This document shows positions 17,401-44,330 of a stretch of DNA of 64,000 nucleotides, piece by piece. Position 1 is the stretch's first letter; every line of letters starts with the position of its first letter. Below the pieces are notes generated by a model that was not told where the DNA came from, did not search any database, and worked only from the letters and a program-made list of their open reading frames with translations. The stretch is from the human T2T-CHM13v2.0 reference genome, Homo sapiens, in NCBI RefSeq assembly GCF_009914755.1, contig NC_060940.1. One strand, written 5' to 3'. A program made the translations under genes and the position numbers.

Positions 17401-18588
17401 AAGGGCATGTGTTCCCAACGTGGTGGGGTCCTATTCTGTGCCAGGTGTCGGCATGGGGAGGGCTCTTGGTTGTTAGGCTGGAACAGTGTAAGCGTGAAGC
17501 TCAAAGGAATACTTCCGCCAGGTCAAGGGAGCAGTCCCCTTGGGATGGCTGCCAAACTGTTCTTGGGCTTCTTTGATCTGGGCGCAGGCTAACAGGCTGG
17601 TCTTTCTGGTCTACCCTGTAGCAGTTCTGGCTCCTTGCTTGACTTCCTTTTGCTCTGTAGCTCTTTTCCTAAACAAATCTGTTCTCGGTGAACTCAGTTT
17701 TCAAACTCAAGCATGTTTACCACACACTTATCCATTGCCCCATCTCAGTTATTGATTACACTACCAGTCAGTGCCCTGATGTTGGGATCCTGAGTCGTGC
17801 CCGGTGTTCTCAGATCTGGATGAATTAGGGTCTGACTGCTTTACTCATTTTGATTCTCTGCTCATCAGCAAAGGATTAAGCAGAAAGTTCTTTCTTTCCA
17901 TTTTTGTTACCAGACACTTTTCTGAGATGTTAGAATTTATCTTCCCACCTTGAAACGTCCAGTCCAGGGATCAGATGGGAATCTTTGCCAGTTCCGTTCA
18001 GCAGTGTGATCCCAAAAGCATGGTTTTTTTGATTTTTGTTTTGTTGTTTTGAGATGTAATCTCGCTCTGGAGCCCAGGCTGGAGTGCAGAGGCGCGATCT
18101 TAGTTCACTGCAACCTCTGCCTCCCGGTCTTGGTTCAAGCAATTCTCCTGCCTCAGCCTCCCAAGTAGCTAGGATTACAGGCATGCACCACCATGCCAAG
18201 CTAATTTTTGTGTTTTTAGTAGAGACGGGTTTCACCATGTTGGCCAGGCTAGTCTTGAACTCCTGACCTCAAGTGATCCGTCCACCTCGGCCTCCCAAAG
18301 TGCTGTGATTACAGGACTGAGCCACTTCACCCGGCTCCCCCAAAAGCATGTTACTAAGCATCTCATTGTGTCAGGTGCTCTGAGGCTGGGGGTGGGGGAT
18401 GCATGGAGGAAGGTGACCAGGTTCCTGCCTCCAGGCACCTGCGTTCCTGTGGTCGTTAGTGTGAACGTTTGCAGCCACACACCAGAGAAGGAGATGTATG
18501 TTGCTGATTTGGTCTGGAAAGATTTTTTTTTAAAACTCATCATGTGTCCTCAGCTTATTTTCATATGATTTGATTTATAATTTGGCTA

Positions 18589-18738
<150 letters not shown>

Positions 18739-18777
18739 TTAGCCAGGCGTGGTGGCACACACCTAAAGGTCCACCTA

Positions 18778-18963
<186 letters not shown>

Positions 18964-19105
18964 TCACCTTCCATTGGCAAGAACTCAGCCACACCTGGCC
19001 ATTTGGTGTTGGGTGTGGGAATGCTTTCGATTCTGGCTGTCCAAATGGCACTTTGTTGAGGTCTTTCTATAACTGGTGGTCCTCTCCCTCTCTTTGGCCC
19101 TCCAG

Positions 19106-19280
19106 GTGTGGTTACAGAGGAGGCTACATGGAGGTGATCAACCTGCACCCTGAGATCAAGGGCCAGCTGGTGAAGCTGCTGTCGGTGCGCCTGTGCCCCC
19201 CAGTGTCTGGGCAGGCCGCCATGGACATTGTCGTGAACCCCCCGGTGGCAGGAGAGGAGTCCTTTGAGCAATTCAGCCGA
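19106..19280 (+). CDS. GPT2: GPT2 exon 9 (175 bp)
   Basis: ctccAG|G TGT GGT...AGC CGA|GTgagt; (E)[58 protein letters not shown]. Confidence 0.97.
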
Positions 19281-20179
19281 GTGAGTCCACTGTGATGCGT
19301 CTGCACCCCTGTGGCCGGGGTCACGAGAGTTCCTGCTGGGCCAGTGGCCAGCCTGTCTCCAGGTGGCCAGACAGCAGCCTCCTGAGGGTGTGGCCTGCAG
19401 GTGCACTCATGGCTCTTCAGAGCCTGAACCACCCCTATGAGTTGAAGTCTGGAAGCGCAGCTGGGCATTGTTTGGAAGTAGGAGGACTGTGAGTGTGTGT
19501 GGGCAGGTGAACCCTTCCTCTTCCTCATGGCGAGTGTCGAAGAGGGAAGGGAGCTGTGTCCTGATAACACACTGGGGGGACTCATGAAACTGAAAAGAAG
19601 ACGAGGAGGTAGAGGGGCGCAGCATCGATCCCAGGCCCCCACCCGCCTCTGCCAACCTGTGTCCTCACAGCTTGACAGGGTCCTCCAGCTCTGACAGCTT
19701 TGACCAGTTCAAACAAAGGAATTTATGGGTCAAGTAATCTAGAAGTCAGCTCCCAACTGGTCCAGGCTCACTTCTTTTTTAAAAAATTGTGGTAAAATAC
19801 ACATAAAGTCGACCTTTTTAACCTTTATAAAGTGCTCGGTTTTCTGGCATTCAGGACATTCACAATGTTGTGCGGCCATCACTGCCATCCATCTCCAGAG
19901 CCGTTCCATGATCCCACACTGAGCTCTACCTGTTACCCACTAACACCCTACCCTGCCCTCCCCTTAGCCCCAGCAGCCACCCTTCTACCCCCTTCTCTCT
20001 GCACTCACCTCCTCGAGATTCCTCATATAAATGGAGTCATGTTGGCCGGGCGTAGCGGCTCATGCCTGTAATCCAAGCACTTTGGGAGGTTGTGGCAGGC
20101 GGATCACCTGAGGTCAGGAGTTTGAGACCAGCCCGGCCAACATGGTCAAACCTCATCTCTACTAAAAATACAAAAATCA

Positions 20180-20584
<405 letters not shown>

Positions 20585-20859
20585 TCACTGACCTTGACTT
20601 GCTCTGCCTGGGTCCTGTGCTGCATGCACACCACACAGACAGAGGGTGGGGCGCGCTGGTCCCCCCCAGATGCATTGGTGGGGCCCATCTGCAGAAGAAT
20701 GGGCATGTGTCCTAGAAGCATGTTCTGAGGAATTCCGTCCAGAGCCAAGTCCATACAGACTGACAGGCAACAACTGGTTTTTCTCATTTTCTGGAAAGAC
20801 ATCCTGGTACGAGAATAGAACCCATGACACAGGCTGCTGGGCTCTACCCTTTGGCCTAG

Positions 20860-21555
<696 letters not shown>

Positions 21556-21787
21556 TAAAGATGACAGGTTCTTGGAGGCCCAGCTGTGTGCTGTGTTGAT
21601 GGGCAAACATGAGGTGGGCCCCAGGGGAAAGGAGCTGATCTGGACTCTGTGAATGCTGCTGCTCCCAAGGGCGGTGCCCAGGTGAGATGCCTGCGGGGGA
21701 AGCAGCAGGAGCTACCACCTCCACCCAGCCACTGCATTCTGGAGCAGCGCTTCCCAAACTTCAGTGTGTGCACCGATCACCTAGGGC

Positions 21788-23325
<1,538 letters not shown>

Positions 23326-23787
23326 AATCCCTGATGATAGAACCTGAGAATCTGTAGTTAAGAGGCTCCCCGGGTGGTCATGCAAACCAGTGTGTGGGAA
23401 GCAGTGTTGAGAGTGCCTCAGAGAAGCTCGTTCCATGAAAATTGTGTGCAGACCCCAGGGCCCCATTTTCAGAGGATTATGCAGCTTGACCTGCAGGAAG
23501 CCACTGCTGATGCCTGTTGAGTGGCTGCCTGGGGATGGGCACTGCCCGATGACGGGCAGGAGGACCACTACCTACACCTGGCTGTCCTGCAGTAGTTTTC
23601 AGGTGTCTGTGCCTGGCACCAGCCACCAGCAGTATCCCAGCGTCTGGCCCTGGTCCTCTAGGAGCGGAAGGGGAGAAGGGCACTGCCGTGGGAGAGAGAC
23701 CTGCCATTTAGATTACATTTGGCTTTGAGGGTTGAATGGTGTGTTTGCAAAGCCAGGAATGATCATGAGCTCTGTCTGCTCCCATAG

Positions 23788-24129
<342 letters not shown>

Positions 24130-24907
24130 TGACTATTCTGTCTCTCCCCTCTGCCATCGGTCCCATCGCTGTCTGAAATGTTCCTAGTAGGGTGTTTTCT
24201 TATTTTGCTGTCCGTTTTCAACTCTGCGATGGCAGCACACAGCTGCCAGTGCCTGGAGTGGTGCTGGCATGTGCTTAGTAGCTCCTGGCAGCACCCTGGG
24301 CCATGGCACTGCCTGTGATCCCAGAGCCTGCCGAGGAACTGCAGGGGAATTTGCTCCACTCATGCCCAGGGCATACCCCGTTCTGGCCCTGCATGGATGG
24401 GAATGCCGGTGCCCAGAGCTGAGCTGGCTGGAGCAGAGGTTTTCCACTGAGGCCAGTTCTCTTCAGAACAACATCTTCCCCATACATGTTGCTCTCAGAG
24501 GTCTCCTGCGGCAGATGCTAAAAAAAAGAAATGGCATGAGCTGTTAGCACCCGGAGCCAAGTCTTGACTTAGGCAAGGTTGTGGGTTGTGTCCCCTGATG
24601 GACAAACCTTGTCCGGTTGGCCTTCCCACCCCTGGTCAGGCTCATCTCGGTGGTTGATGGCTTGATGAGAAAGTGATTTAAGCAAGAGGGCTGCCAGGAA
24701 GGCCAGGGAGCATTTTGGTGCACCAGAGGGAGGTGTTAGTTACTGTGGCAACTTGGAAATTCCTTTGGAGCAGAGTTGTGACTGGAGGGTGTCTCACTGT
24801 CAGACTGACTAGAGATAAAAAAGGCCCCTCAGGTAGGAGTGAAATCTCTCTCTCAAACTCTAGGAAAGCCCGAGTCATACTCTAGAGAAAGTTCTGATCA
24901 GTGGTCA

Positions 24908-25183
<276 letters not shown>

Positions 25184-25692
25184 CTATCTCCAAAAAAAAA
25201 AATATGGCCAGGTGCAGTGGCTCATGCCTGTAATCCCAGCACTTTGGGAGGCCAAGGTGAGCAGATCATGAGGTCAGGAGTTCGAGACCAGCCTGGTCAA
25301 CATGGTGAAACCCCGTCTCTTCTAAAAATACAAAAATTAGCTGGGCGTGGTGGCAGGCATCTGTAATCCCAGCTACTCGGGAGGCTGAGGCAGGACAATT
25401 GTTTGAACCTGGGAGGTGGAGGTTGCAGTGATCGCGCAATTGCACTCCAGCCTGGGCAACAAGAGCAAAATTCCATCTCAAAAAAAAAAAAAAAAGTGAT
25501 GCAGGCCTTCTGCAGTAATGGGTGGATATGTCTTAGCCTAAATGCTGCTCCAGTTTATTGCTTTTGTTCACGTGTATTACTTGGGTGAAAAAACCAACAT
25601 GTGAATGAAGGGGAAAGTGGTCCAAGTGCTGGGTGCTGTCCGGGCTGGAGCTGTCGAAGCAGACCAGGCAGACCTCCCTCTTCCATTCCTAG

Positions 25693-25860
<168 letters not shown>

Positions 25861-26751
25861 GGACGCCTGAGCCCCAGCGGGAGACCTGTCCTTGGCTCTT
25901 CCTCCCAATGCCCGTCAGGCTGAACTCGCCTCCCCCGTGACTCTGCCTCGGGCCTCGCAGAGGCCGCTGGTCACTTCGTCATCATTTTGCCCCTGGAGAC
26001 GTCTTTCTTTGTGCCTTGATGTTGAGAGCGCCTCTCTTTTGAGCAAACAAGCATTCTATATGCAACCAGAGTAGAGGGGACCTGCTCAGCAGGTGTGACC
26101 AGGGTTCTCTGAATCTGTTATTGTTTTTGCTTCTGGAAAGTTCATTTGGGGTTTACAACAACTAGGATGTGTTGGGTGAGATGTTTCAGATCTGGAGAAA
26201 TGAGCAGGTGTCGGGAAATGTGTGACTTAACCGTGGTGAGGGCTGGAAATCCAAACTCACCACCATGATCTGTGAAATAAAGCCCTTAGCGGTGTGAAGC
26301 ATCCGGTCCTTTGAACAGAAGGGCCTGGAAGGCCCCTGGGGCTGAGAAAGGGTCCGCCCGGTGGCCTGGAGGCAGGCGCCGGGAGCGCAGTAGCACGTGG
26401 ACTGGGCAGGATGTTGCACTAGCTTGGGGTAGATGCTGGGGGCTGCGGCCACGGTCAGAGGGCCCCACTGTGAGGCGTGGGTGTGAGCCAGGCTGCAGGA
26501 GGAACTGGGCCTCCGCTTCCCAGCAACGCAGCCAGGCCTGAGAATTCTGTGCGCCCGGCGGGCTTTGGGAATGAGGGGTTCCCTTGAACATGCGTAGGCT
26601 GGAACCCCGTCTGAGAGGTCTCCCTGAATTTCAGTGACACATAGTGCAGCCCGGCAGTGTCCCACTTCCGTGGAGAGAGCCGCTGGAATGGTGTGGACCC
26701 ATCCCGCGGGTGACCGGTGCCTGTTCTCCCCTGACCGAGCCTGTGAGCACA

Positions 26752-26765
26752 TCGCCCCCTGCTGG
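26752..26765 (-). promoter_or_regulatory. Predicted CTCF core motif in the GPT2 3'UTR
   Basis: TCGCCCCCTGCTGG = CCAGCAGGGGGCGA on -, in a CpG-retaining segment; motif only. Confidence 0.55.
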
Positions 26766-28130
26766 CGACAGCGGGGAAATGAGGGCTGAAAATATCCTCC
26801 CGACAAGGGCAATCCCCGGGACCTGCCGAGCAGCCAAGGCCCTGTCCTTTCTTGAATGGTGGCGAGCTGAATCTGGTCGGTTTCCTAGCTTTTAGGTGGT
26901 AAAAGTGCCTGGCAGCTTGGCTGCCGTGGAGGAGTCAGTCGTGGTTGGAGGTTCATTGCCGTGCTTTCATGCAGAGTGTTTTGCCTTCATGTTAGCTTCC
27001 GGCTCCCCTCCCAGGCTGCAGACTCTGACCTGTGGCATCAGGCTTCTCCCAGTACAGGAGGGTGCCATCCCCCAGCATGCGGCTTCTCTGCCATTAGCAG
27101 CCCTGGGCGGGCCGACCACACTCGAGGCTGCGGTGCTACGGGCTTAGCCCTCGCCTCCCTCACTGGGAGCTTCCCCATCCTCCCTGCCTTCCCCAGTGGG
27201 AAGTTAGGGAAGCTCAGGAGCCTGGGACCCCGCATGTCCCAAAATGGGATTGGAGAAGCTGGAGAGAAAGCAGAAGAGGCCGAGGAGTGAGGCAGCAGCC
27301 TCTATGCTGTGATTTCCACACCGGGTCCGTGCAGAGGAAACAGAAACTCCCAACTGTCCTTACCCACCGACATCACAGCCCCTATGAAGAAAGTAGCCAC
27401 AATCTCAAATAACAAAAGGGAATGTTCTAAAACTTTTTCTTCCTTAAAAAATGGAGAAAATTGCACTTGTGCTTGCTGTGTGGTATATAAACCAGGATTA
27501 GTCCCAGGGTCGTGAGGTTTCTGGTGAAAAGGTTAAATCGTAGAAGCTAGTATATTTTTTATATTTTTGTAACAATTGCTTTTTTCATGGGGGAGGCGGG
27601 GTTAGTATTTATAGTCCTAACAAGTCCAGTAATTTTTTATAAATCTTCAGATTATAAACAGCCCCTAAAAACTTTACAACGTTTACACAGTTTTTTAAAA
27701 AGAGACTGTATACACTTGATTTGCTTTCAAAATAAATAAGGTCAGCTAGTCTAGGAGGTTAACGTCGGGTAGGAATGCTGATCATGATAGGTTTGGTTTT
27801 CTACAGATTCTGTTCCGGTGCCTTTCCTATCCAGGCACCACCTGAGAAAGTTGTCATTTGAGGTCGCACTTGGAAGTTACATCTGTGAAGTTTCTGTCAT
27901 TCGTCCAGATCTGTGTGTGTAGCATGTGCTGAGGAAGCACGTGCTGGGCTGTGCCTCAGACAGTGCATCACCGGGCACCCAGAGGCTTGCCTGGCTATTC
28001 CTGTTCTGGTGTGTGTGGAGTGTTGGGGAGGAACAGATGCAGATCAACCTGTGGCTGTTTTCCCGTCTAGGTTCTCACAGGTATCTCCTGACAGAGGTAC
28101 TTAACAATGGCTCTGCTGGAAATTTCTATA

Positions 28131-28136
28131 AATAAA
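28131..28136 (+). terminator. Likely main GPT2 polyadenylation signal
   Basis: AATAAA with downstream gcgtttaactttcattgtagtttg; other AATAAA hexamers at 26276-26281 and 27731-27736. Confidence 0.75.
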
Positions 28137-28248
28137 ATGTCCAAAATGGTGACTGCGTTTAACTTTCATTGTAGTTTGAATGTAAACATTGAGGACATTA
28201 CTAACTTTACACCTTCACTCTTTGTAATTTATGTTCCCAGCACAATAA

Positions 28249-33630
<5,382 letters not shown>

Positions 33631-33886
33631 AATAGAATAAATATGAGAATTAAATGGGAGAAAAAAATGCATGTGTGTGTGTGTATGTAACTTAGCATAG
33701 TTCCTAGCAAGCAAATATGTTTGTTGAGCACTTTAGCTGATTATCTTTGGTTTAGAGCAGTGCTGATATAAGTGTTCAATATATGTTCGAATTGAAGGAA
33801 AAAATATGCCCTTAGTATGCCAAATACATTGTGAAAATGCCATTTCCCAACATTTCCAACACATGAACGTATTCTGCTAGCCAGAG

Positions 33887-34830
33887 TGTCAGAGGCATTT
33901 GAAGCAGAGTGACTCTATCTTGAATAGGGACTGGGTAGAAGAAGGCTGAGACCTACTGGGCTGAGTTCCCAGGAGGTGAGGCATTCTAAGTCACAGGATG
34001 AGATAGGAGGTCAGCACAAGGTACAGGACACAAAGACCCCGCTGATAAAACAGGATGCAATAAAGAAGTGGCTAAGGGCCGAGTGCGGTGACTTACACCT
34101 GTAATCCTAGCAGTTTGGGAGGCCAAGGCGGGCAGATCACTTGAGATCAGGAGTTCAAAACCAGCCTGGGCAACATGGTGAAACCCCATCTCTACTAAAA
34201 ATACAAAAAAAAAAAAATTAGCCGGGTGTGGTGGCGGGCACCTGTAATCCCAGCTACTCAGGAGGCTGAGGCAGGAAAATCGCTTGAACCCAGGAGGCGG
34301 AGGATGCAATGAGCAGAGATCACGCCACTTCACTCTAGTCTGGGTGATGGAGCAAGACTCTGTCTGAAAAAAAAAGAAAAAAAAGGCTAAAACCCACCAA
34401 AACCAACATGGCCATGAAAGTGACTTCTGGTGGTCCTTGCTGCTCATTATATGCTAATTATGATGTATTAACATGCTAACACTCCCACCAGTGCCATGAC
34501 AGTTACAAATGCCATGGCAACATCAAGAAGTGACCCTATACAGTCTAAAATGGGGAACAACCCTCAGTTCTGGGAATTGTCATCCTTTTCCCAGAAAACT
34601 CTTGAATAATCCACCCCTTGTCTAGCATGTAATCAAGAAATATTCATAAAAATAGCCAACCAGCAGCCCTGGGGCTGCTCTGACTATGGAGTAGCCATTC
34701 TCTTATTTTTTACTTTCCTAATAAACTTGCTTTCACATTACTCTGTGGATTCACCTTTAATTCTTTCTTGCAGGAGATTCAAGAACCCTCTCTTGAGGCC
34801 TGGATCGGGAGGGACCCCTTTCCGGTAAGA
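33887..34830 (+). mobile_element. MER41 (MER41B-type) ERV1 solo LTR, interrupted by an Alu at ~34077-34384
   Basis: Starts TGTCAGAGGCATTTGAAGCAGAG, ends GGATCGGGA-GGGACCCCTTTCCGGTAAGA, matching my recollection of MER41 termini; internal AATAAA; carries the GAS-containing segment typical of MER41B. Confidence 0.85.
34568..34596. promoter_or_regulatory. Tandem GAS (STAT1) motifs in the MER41 LTR
   Basis: TTCTGGGAA (34568-34576) and TTCCCAGAA (34588-34596), both TTCN3GAA, 20 bp apart. Confidence 0.65.
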
Positions 34831-36372
34831 CAAGTACACAGGTTAGTTATTTTTTTTATTTAGTTATTTAGTTATTTTTTATTTTTTTTGGAGACAGGAT
34901 CTTGCTGTGTCCCCCAGGCTGCAATCATAGCTCACTGCAGCCTTGACTTCCTGGGCTTAAGTAACTAACCCACCTCAGCCTTCCGAGTATCTGGATCTAC
35001 AGGCTCATGTCACCACGCTTGGCTAATTTTTAAATTTTCTGTAGAGACAGAGTGTCACCATGTTGCCCAGGCTAGTCTTGAACTCCTGGGCTCAAGCAAT
35101 CCTCCCGCCTGTGTCTTCCAAAGTGCTAGGATTCAAGCATGAGCCATCTTGCCCGGTCTGCCTTTTTTTTTTTTGGACACAGTTCCTGAAATGAAAAGTG
35201 CATTGGATCCAGTTACACTATAATAGCAAAAATCGTGTTCTTAAGTTGAACCTACTGGCCATACGCAGTGGCTCATGCCTGTAATCTCAATGCTTTGGGT
35301 GACTGAGGTGGGAGGATCACTCGAGGCCAGGAGTTTGAGACAAGACTGGGCAACATAGTGAGACCAAGTCTCTACAAAAATAAAATAATTAGCCGGGCAT
35401 GGTGGTGCATACTTGTAGTCCTAGCTACCCGAGACTACTTCCTGAGGCAGGAAGATGGTTTGAGCCCAAGAGTTGAAGTCTGCAGTAAGCTATGATCACA
35501 CCACTGTACTCTAGCCTGGGTAACAGAGCAAGACCACATCTTTAAACCAAATGAAAAAAGAAACCCAAAAATAAATTAATTGGGCCTACCTAATGAAGAC
35601 TGGTGCCATGGACATTTGTTTTTGGTGCAGATCTATATTGACATGTTGGCTCCAGTTAGGAACTAGGACCATTTGGACTCCTTGGCATTTACACAAGGTA
35701 AAGTCCTCCCCCAAAAGACCTTTGTGGGGCTTTGTCCTTTTATGGTTAAGTTAAGCTGCTGTTTGCCATTTCTAAACTAAAGCTTTAAAGCAAAATGCCC
35801 CCAGTCTTTCGGGCCAGCATCATGATATACATTGGGTGTCAAAACCCCACTCATTCAAGGAAATATGGTATATAAGTGTGAGCGGCTGGGCACGTGAACC
35901 ACTGCACCTGGCTGCCTGGAGTTTAATTTAATGGCCTTATCTTTGTTACCTACCAGGGCATCTGAATGAGTGTTGGCATATTTATAGATATGCTAAAGCC
36001 TCATGTTATTCATTCATCAAACACTGGCTTAGCAGCTGTGCACCAGGCACAGGGTTAAGTGATGGGGACACAGCAGTGACTAAGACCTGATCCCATGATT
36101 TATAAGGTTGATAATACCCCATGCTGGTAAGAGAGGGGAAGCCAACACTGATACACTGTTAGCAGTGGTGTGACTTTATACAACTTTTTTTTTTTTTTTT
36201 TGAGACAGTTTCACTCTTGTTGGCCAGGCTGGAGTGTGATGGCTCAGTCTTGGCTCACTGCAACCTCCACCTCCCAGGTACTGCAGCCTCCACCTCCCAG
36301 GTTCAAGCGGTTCTCCTGCCTCATCCTCCCAAGTAGCTGGGATTACAGGTGCCCACCACCACACCTGGCTAA

Positions 36373-36621
<249 letters not shown>

Positions 36622-36764
36622 TGAGGTCAGAAGTTTGAGACCAGTCTGGACAACATGGCAAAAGTCTGTCTCTACTAAAAGTACGAAAATTAGCCAGGCG
36701 TGGTGGTGGGTGCTTGTAATCTCAGCTACTTGGGAGGCTGAGGCGCGAGAATCACTTGAACCTA

Positions 36765-37016
<252 letters not shown>

Positions 37017-37624
37017 CTACAAAAGACAGAAAAATTAGCCAGGTGTGGTAGCATGCGCCTGTAGCCCCAGCTACTTGGGAGACTGAGGTGAGAGGATCAC
37101 TTTAGTCTGGGAGGCAGAGGCTGCAATGAGCTGAGATTGTGCTACAGCACTCCAGCCTGGGCGACAGAGTGAGACCCTGTCTCAAAAATAAAATAAATAA
37201 AACCATAGTAATCAAGACAGTCTGGTACTGCTGAAAGGGCAGACAAATAATGGAACAGAATAGAGTCCAGAAATAGACTCCCATGCATTTATCACTTTGG
37301 CATAAAATAGACCACATACATGTGTTGCATGCAATCACACACACGCATATATCTTTCACACACTTATGTTGACGAGTATGCCAAAGTAAACACAATGGAG
37401 AAGGAAAGTCTCTTCAATAAATGGCGCTAAAACACTTGGATGCTAAAGCATCCATATGGGGAAAAAATAAGCCTCAATGCCTACCTCTATATATGCTATA
37501 TTTTAGATGGATTGCAGACCTAAAATTTAAGAGCTAAAATTGTAAAGCTTCTAGAGGAAAACCTAAGAGAATATCTTTGCAACTTTGAGATCCACAAATA
37601 TTTCTTTCTTTTTTTTTTTTTTGA

Positions 37625-37927
<303 letters not shown>

Positions 37928-37976
37928 TAAAAAGGCACAAATTGGCTGGGCTCGGTGGCTCACGCCTGTCATACTA

Positions 37977-38885
<909 letters not shown>

Positions 38886-39003
38886 AGTTTATCAAAATTA
38901 AGAATTTCTGGCCAGGCACAGTGGCTCACGCCTGTAATCCCAGCACTTTGGGAGGTCAAGGAGGGCAGATCACTTGAGATCAGCAGTTCAAGAGACTAGC
39001 CTA

Positions 39004-39192
<189 letters not shown>

Positions 39193-39513
39193 TTAAAAAA
39201 AAAAAGGTATTTCTGATCTTTAAAAGACATCAAGAAAATGAAAAGACAAGCCACGGACTGGGAGAAAACATATTTAGAACATCAATTTGATAAAGAACTT
39301 GTATACAGAATACATAAAGAACTTCAACAACTCTGTAACAATAAGAAAAACAACTGTAGAGCCAGGCGCAGTGTTGCAAACCTGTAATCCCAGCACTTTC
39401 AGAGGCCAAGGCAGGAGGATTGCTTGAACCCAGGAGTTCAAGATCAGCCTGAGCAATATAGCAAGACCTCATCTCTAGAGAAAACTTTAAAGATTAACCA
39501 GGTGTGGTGGTGA

Positions 39514-40585
<1,072 letters not shown>

Positions 40586-40595
40586 TTATCACTTA

Positions 40596-41701
<1,106 letters not shown>

Positions 41702-42727
41702 TTAATCAGATTTGGTATTTAATTGCTTAATGTAACCTGTGTTACCAAGTATGTACATCAGGCCAGGCACGGTGGCTCACCCCTGTAATCCCAGCACTTT
41801 GGAAGGCTGAGGTAGGCGGATCACTTGAGGTCAGGAGTTCATGACCAGCCTGGCCAACATGGTGAAACGCCATCTGTACTAAACACAGGAAAATTAGCCT
41901 GGTGTGGTGGCATGTGCCTGTACTCCCAGCTACTCGGGAGGCTGAGACAGGAGAATCGCTTGAAGTGGGGACGGGGAGGTTGCTGTGAGCCGAGGTTGTG
42001 CCACTGTACTCCAGCCTGGGCAACAGAGTGAGACCCTGTCTCAAAAAAAAAAAAAAAGAAAGAAAAGTACATCAAAGAATTTTAATGTCTTAATTGTTGC
42101 TTTTATTTTATTTATTTATATATTTATTTATTTGAGACAGGCTCTTGCTCTGTCACCCAGGTTGCAGTACAGTGGCACAATCTCAACTCACTGCAGCCTT
42201 GAACTCCCAGGCTCAAGGGATCTTCCCACCTCAGCCTCCTTAATAACTGTAACTACAGGTGCACACTACCAGGTCGGGCTAATTTTTGTATAGATGTTGT
42301 TTTTAAATAATATATGTTATGTTTATTGTAAAAAATTAGGAAATGCAGATAAGAAAAAGAAAGGAGAATCATGAAAATGTGAAATAATCCAAGTAGTGCG
42401 GAATACGAAGGGTTGTTTATTTTGTTGTATTATAATGACATCAGAAACACATAAGAAATGTCCTTCAAAAAGATGCATGTTGACGTTATGTAGGAATAAA
42501 AATCAGTGAGGTGTAGCATTTGTTTTAAAATACTTCCAAGCCAGGGGCCAGTGGCTCACTCCTGTAATCCCAGTGCTTTGGGAGGCCGACACAGGAGGAT
42601 TGCTTGGACACAGGAGGATTGCTTGAACCCAGGAGTTTGAGACCATCCTGGGCAACATGGCGAAACCCCATCTCTACAAAAAAAATACAAAAATTAGCCA
42701 GTGTGGTGGCCCACACCTGTAATGTCA

Positions 42728-42871
<144 letters not shown>

Positions 42872-43346
42872 TCAGTTTGCAAATAATAATAATAATAATA
42901 ATAAGTAAAACAAGTGTGGCAAAATAAAAAATAATTAATGAATCAGTTGGGGCAATGGCCATATAGAGGTTCATTATATTATTCTCTCTACTTTTGTGTA
43001 TAATTTTTTTTTTTATGTTTGAGACTGAGTCTCACTCTGTAACCTGAGCTGGAGTACAGTGGCATGATCTCAGCTCACTGCAACCTCCACCTCCCGGTTC
43101 AAGCGATTCTCCTGCCTCAGCCTCTCGAGTAGCTGGGACCACAGGCACACTCCACCACACCCAGTTAATTTTTCTATTTTTAGTAGAGACAGGGTTTCAC
43201 CATGTTGGCCAGGCTGGTCTCAAACTCCTGACTTCAAGTGATCTACCTGCCTTGGCCTCCCAGGATGCTGGGATTGCAGGCGTGAGCCACCGTGCCCAGG
43301 CTGTGTATAATTTTATAATAAATTTTTATAATAAAAATGTTTTTAA

Positions 43347-43740
<394 letters not shown>

Positions 43741-43823
43741 TAGAAAAGTTTGAATTAATAGGCTGGATGTGATGGCTCATGCCTGTAATTCCGGCACTTT
43801 GGGAGGCCAAGGCAGATGGATTA

Positions 43824-44039
<216 letters not shown>

Positions 44040-44183
44040 TCAAAAAAAAAAAAAAGAAAAGTTTGAATTTTGAATTATTTTCTTTTAGCTGTCTTCAAAT
44101 ATATCTCCCGGGTTCAAGTGATTCTCCTGCCTCAGCCTCCTGAGTAGCTGGGATTACAGGCATGTGCCACCATGCCTGGCTAA

Positions 44184-44330
<147 letters not shown>

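Larger units (their letters stand above)
25861..28155 (+). other. GPT2: GPT2 3'UTR (end approximate)
   Basis: Alu-free sequence from the stop codon to AATAAA at 28131-28136, followed by T/GT-rich sequence; Alus resume at ~28311. Confidence 0.8.

Noticed and set aside
26186-26812. 208-aa antisense ORF in the GPT2 3'UTR
   Set aside because: GC-rich sequence with few stops, non-ATG start, no recognisable homology
36257-36305. Short tandem duplications inside Alus (also ~18752-18800, ~42589-42625, ~55172-55189)
   Set aside because: Ordinary slippage events with no sign of function
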